From Folioceros fuciformis (taxonomy: Eukaryota): 64,000 nt of DNA. Location of the stretch: the NCBI GenBank assembly GCA_049999805.1, contig JBNGIO010005827.1:1-64000 (forward strand). Reading direction: 5' to 3'. The position numbers and the translations under genes were made by a program. The notes beneath the pieces were generated by a model. The model was not told where the DNA came from. It saw nothing but the letters and a program-made list of their open reading frames with translations, and searched no databases. Shown piece by piece: positions 61,538-64,000 of this stretch (positions are counted from its first letter, which is position 1; every line of letters begins with the position of its first letter).

Positions 61538-61829
61538 CTATCCACCGCTCTCTCCTCTCTCCTAGGGCTTCTCCTTGGTTCTTCATCACTAGACAACCAC
61601 ACTGTGTGGTTTTCTACCCAAGCCCCACTTCCTCTTCTGTCATCTCCTATATTCTCACCTATGAAGGGTACGCTCCAGCACACATTCGCAAGAACCAGTG
61701 GTAACAGCCTGTGGCTGTTAAAAGGCGCGGCCAATAGCTCTTGCCCCCTCCCACTCCTCCTGTTGACAGTGCTAGGGCGGCTGCCTTCTACATTCTAGGG
61801 GTGTTGCATGCTCCTCTGTCATAATCTCG

Positions 61830-62430
61830 TCAGTGGTTGGCACCCCTACCCCCATTCCTCCTTCTGCCACGATTGTTGGCAACTACTCTAGTTTCGAGCT
61901 CGGCAACCATGGTCGATTCCACCACGGCTGCAGCTTCAACCACTGTAGTGGTGGAAACTTTCCGCTTCTTCAACCTTCGTGCCTCACTCTTGACTCTGGC
62001 TCTGACCTCATCCTGCTCTCTTTTATACCTCTTGGCTAACTTTTTAAATTTCTCCAATGTGGCCATTGGCTCTTGGGCTCGGAATATCTCATTTTGAAGC
62101 TCTTCGATGGTGGCATGGGTCAACTTCATCTGATTCACCAAAGCTTCATGTTGCTTCGCCATCACCTCCAACTCTCCTTGCACTTTACCCAATAATTCCT
62201 CGCTTGCCCACTTGCGTTCCTTGGCCACTTTGTTTTTGCCTTCAACCTCCTCCAACCTGGCCTTCAGTAGATTCTCTTGTTGCCCTTGCATGCTGAGCCA
62301 TGTGAGTGCCATGACGGCCTAGTTGAGGAGGTCTGCCTATGTCTGAGCCATGGCAGTGGTTAGTCCCTGTAAATCCTGGAACGGGGTGGCCCCTACGTCC
62401 ATCCTTTTCCACAACCACTCCTTCACGCGA
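61830..62430 (-). pseudogene. Coiled-coil ORF fragment, probably a retroelement accessory ORF (copy 1)
   Basis: LEEVEGKNKV...EALVNQMKLTHATIEELQNEI...ATLEKFK; homologous to the copy at 63010-63580. Confidence 0.55.
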
Positions 62431-63009
62431 GCCGCGCTCCCTGTTTCTACTCTTGTTGGAACGCTTAAAGACGTGGTCCCGAAAACATTCTTCCACTCCT
62501 TGGGAGCCTCCTCCGTCTGCGCTAGCCCTCCAGCCCCAACTACTCACTCATTAACCCTTGGCACTTCATTTTTCAGCCCTTGATTGAGGTCAGTCTGCTT
62601 TTCTTCTAGCTCCTCTCATGCTCTAGTGGTCACCCTAGACCTGGTGACTCAGGGAGGGGTTGCTGCTCCCTGCTCACTTGTTATGGCTTTCCCCTTCTTT
62701 GCCACCTTTCGTCTTATTGTTCGGCCCTTCCTCTTTCTGGTCATCACGACCTCCCCCTTAGAATCTCTTGGAGGCTCGGGTTCCCAGATACTGGAGTCCA
62801 TGACCGCCACAAAGTCGCGAGAGGGGCTAGAAAAGGGGAAAGGATAGGCTACCCCCGCCACAGCGCTGAAAGATAATGGGTGAGGGATTAAGAAGACCAT
62901 AGTTGGGGTAGGAGGGTTAGAGCCGGTGGAGGGGAATTTTGAGGGGTGGGAGGCCATCTTCGGGGCCACTCCCTTGAATTGACCAACAGGGGTGGAAGCG
63001 GAGGACGTA

Positions 63010-63580
63010 CCCCAAGTGAAGGAGTGGCTTTGGAGAAGAATGGTGACAAGAGCAACGCCAATCGGTGATTTGCAAGGACTGGCTCAGCCATGGCCCAGAC
63101 CCAGACAGATCTGCTCAATGAGGCCGCCGTGGCGCTCACATGGCTTAGCATGCAAGGATAGCAGGAGCAGGTGCTAAAGGAAAAGTTTGAGGAGGTCGAA
63201 GGAAGGAATAAGGTAGTGGAGGATCAAAGGCGGGCGAGTGACGAGCTACTGGGCAAGGCACAAAAGGAATTGAAGGTACTGACAAATCAACAGGAAGCGC
63301 TGGTAAATCAGGTGAAAACAACCCATGCCACAATTGAAGAGCTCAAGAACGAAATCTCCTGGACTCAGGAGCTAGTGGCAACCCTGGAGAAATTCAAAAG
63401 GTTAGTCGAGAAGTACAAGAGGGACCGGGATGAGGCAAGAGCCAAGGTCGCGAGTGAGGTAGGGAAGTCAAAGAAAGGGAAAGGTTCCACTACCGTAGTG
63501 GCTGAAGGCACAACCGTGGTGGAACCGAGCACGGTTGCTGGACATGGAACCTAAGTGGCTGAACCAGCAATTGTGGCTGA
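63010..63580 (+). pseudogene. Coiled-coil ORF fragment (copy 2, inverted), with an in-frame stop
   Basis: FEEVEGRNKV...EALVNQVKTTHATIEELKNEI...ATLEKFK; the upstream DNA gtgaaggagtgg is also shared with copy 1. Confidence 0.55.
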
Positions 63581-64000
63581 AGGAGGAACGTATGATAGTA
63601 GGTCTAGTTAACTCTAGAACAGCCTTATCCTGGTTAGTTAATTAGGGTTAGGGCCATCTCACTAGGCACCATCTAAATAGTCACATGGTTACGACACGAC
63701 TGTTGGACATGACGGTTGGGTACACTCTAGGTTCGCCACGGGCGTCCCTCCCCATAATTGTTCAGTCTACTCCATTCCTTGTTCATCTCTTCCGATCACA
63801 CTACCGCTGCACGGTTTGGTTTACTGAATGAACGGGGGTAGTGGAACTGGCTATCGATGAACCTATGGTAGAGGAGTAGGGAACACCCTTGGAATGCAAG
63901 AGGTAGCCACCCCAGGACTGCCAATGGGGGGCGTGGGTAAGGATCTCTCCAGTAGGGGGCCCCATTGTGATATGACGTAGGGATGAAGATACCCATGTCC

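Overview
Nuclear DNA from a land plant. The gene-dense blocks with mostly ~80-150 nt GT-AG introns suggest a compact bryophyte-type genome such as a hornwort (inference). The 12 supportable protein-coding genes are: mitochondrial ATP synthase subunit f, an EMB1417-like PPR protein, LST8, TRZ1-type tRNase Z, CTNNBL1, an IRK-interacting/GIL1-family protein, TL15 pentapeptide-repeat protein, RPB8, RFC1, an alpha/beta-hydrolase, VMA12/TMEM199, proteasome alpha-7 (PAG1) and a KDM5/JMJ17 demethylase, counting the PPR and subunit f genes separately gives 13. Two TE-rich islands interrupt them. The ~14-20 kb island holds a MULE remnant, a solo LTR with a TSD and a Copia remnant. The ~51-64 kb island holds a CACTA transposase split by a full-length Copia element with TG...TA ends and cut by a Gypsy-like LTR. 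The most notable observations are an RFC1 lacking a BRCT domain, a U12 intron in RPB8, a transit-peptide-like extension on TRZ1, a perfect 34-bp hairpin, an extra 5' ORF in the Copia element and an inverted pair of coiled-coil ORFs. No CRISPR array, rRNA or intact tRNA was seen, and no clearly new multi-gene system could be established. Exon boundaries were read by eye and family calls come from recalled sequence motifs, not database searches.
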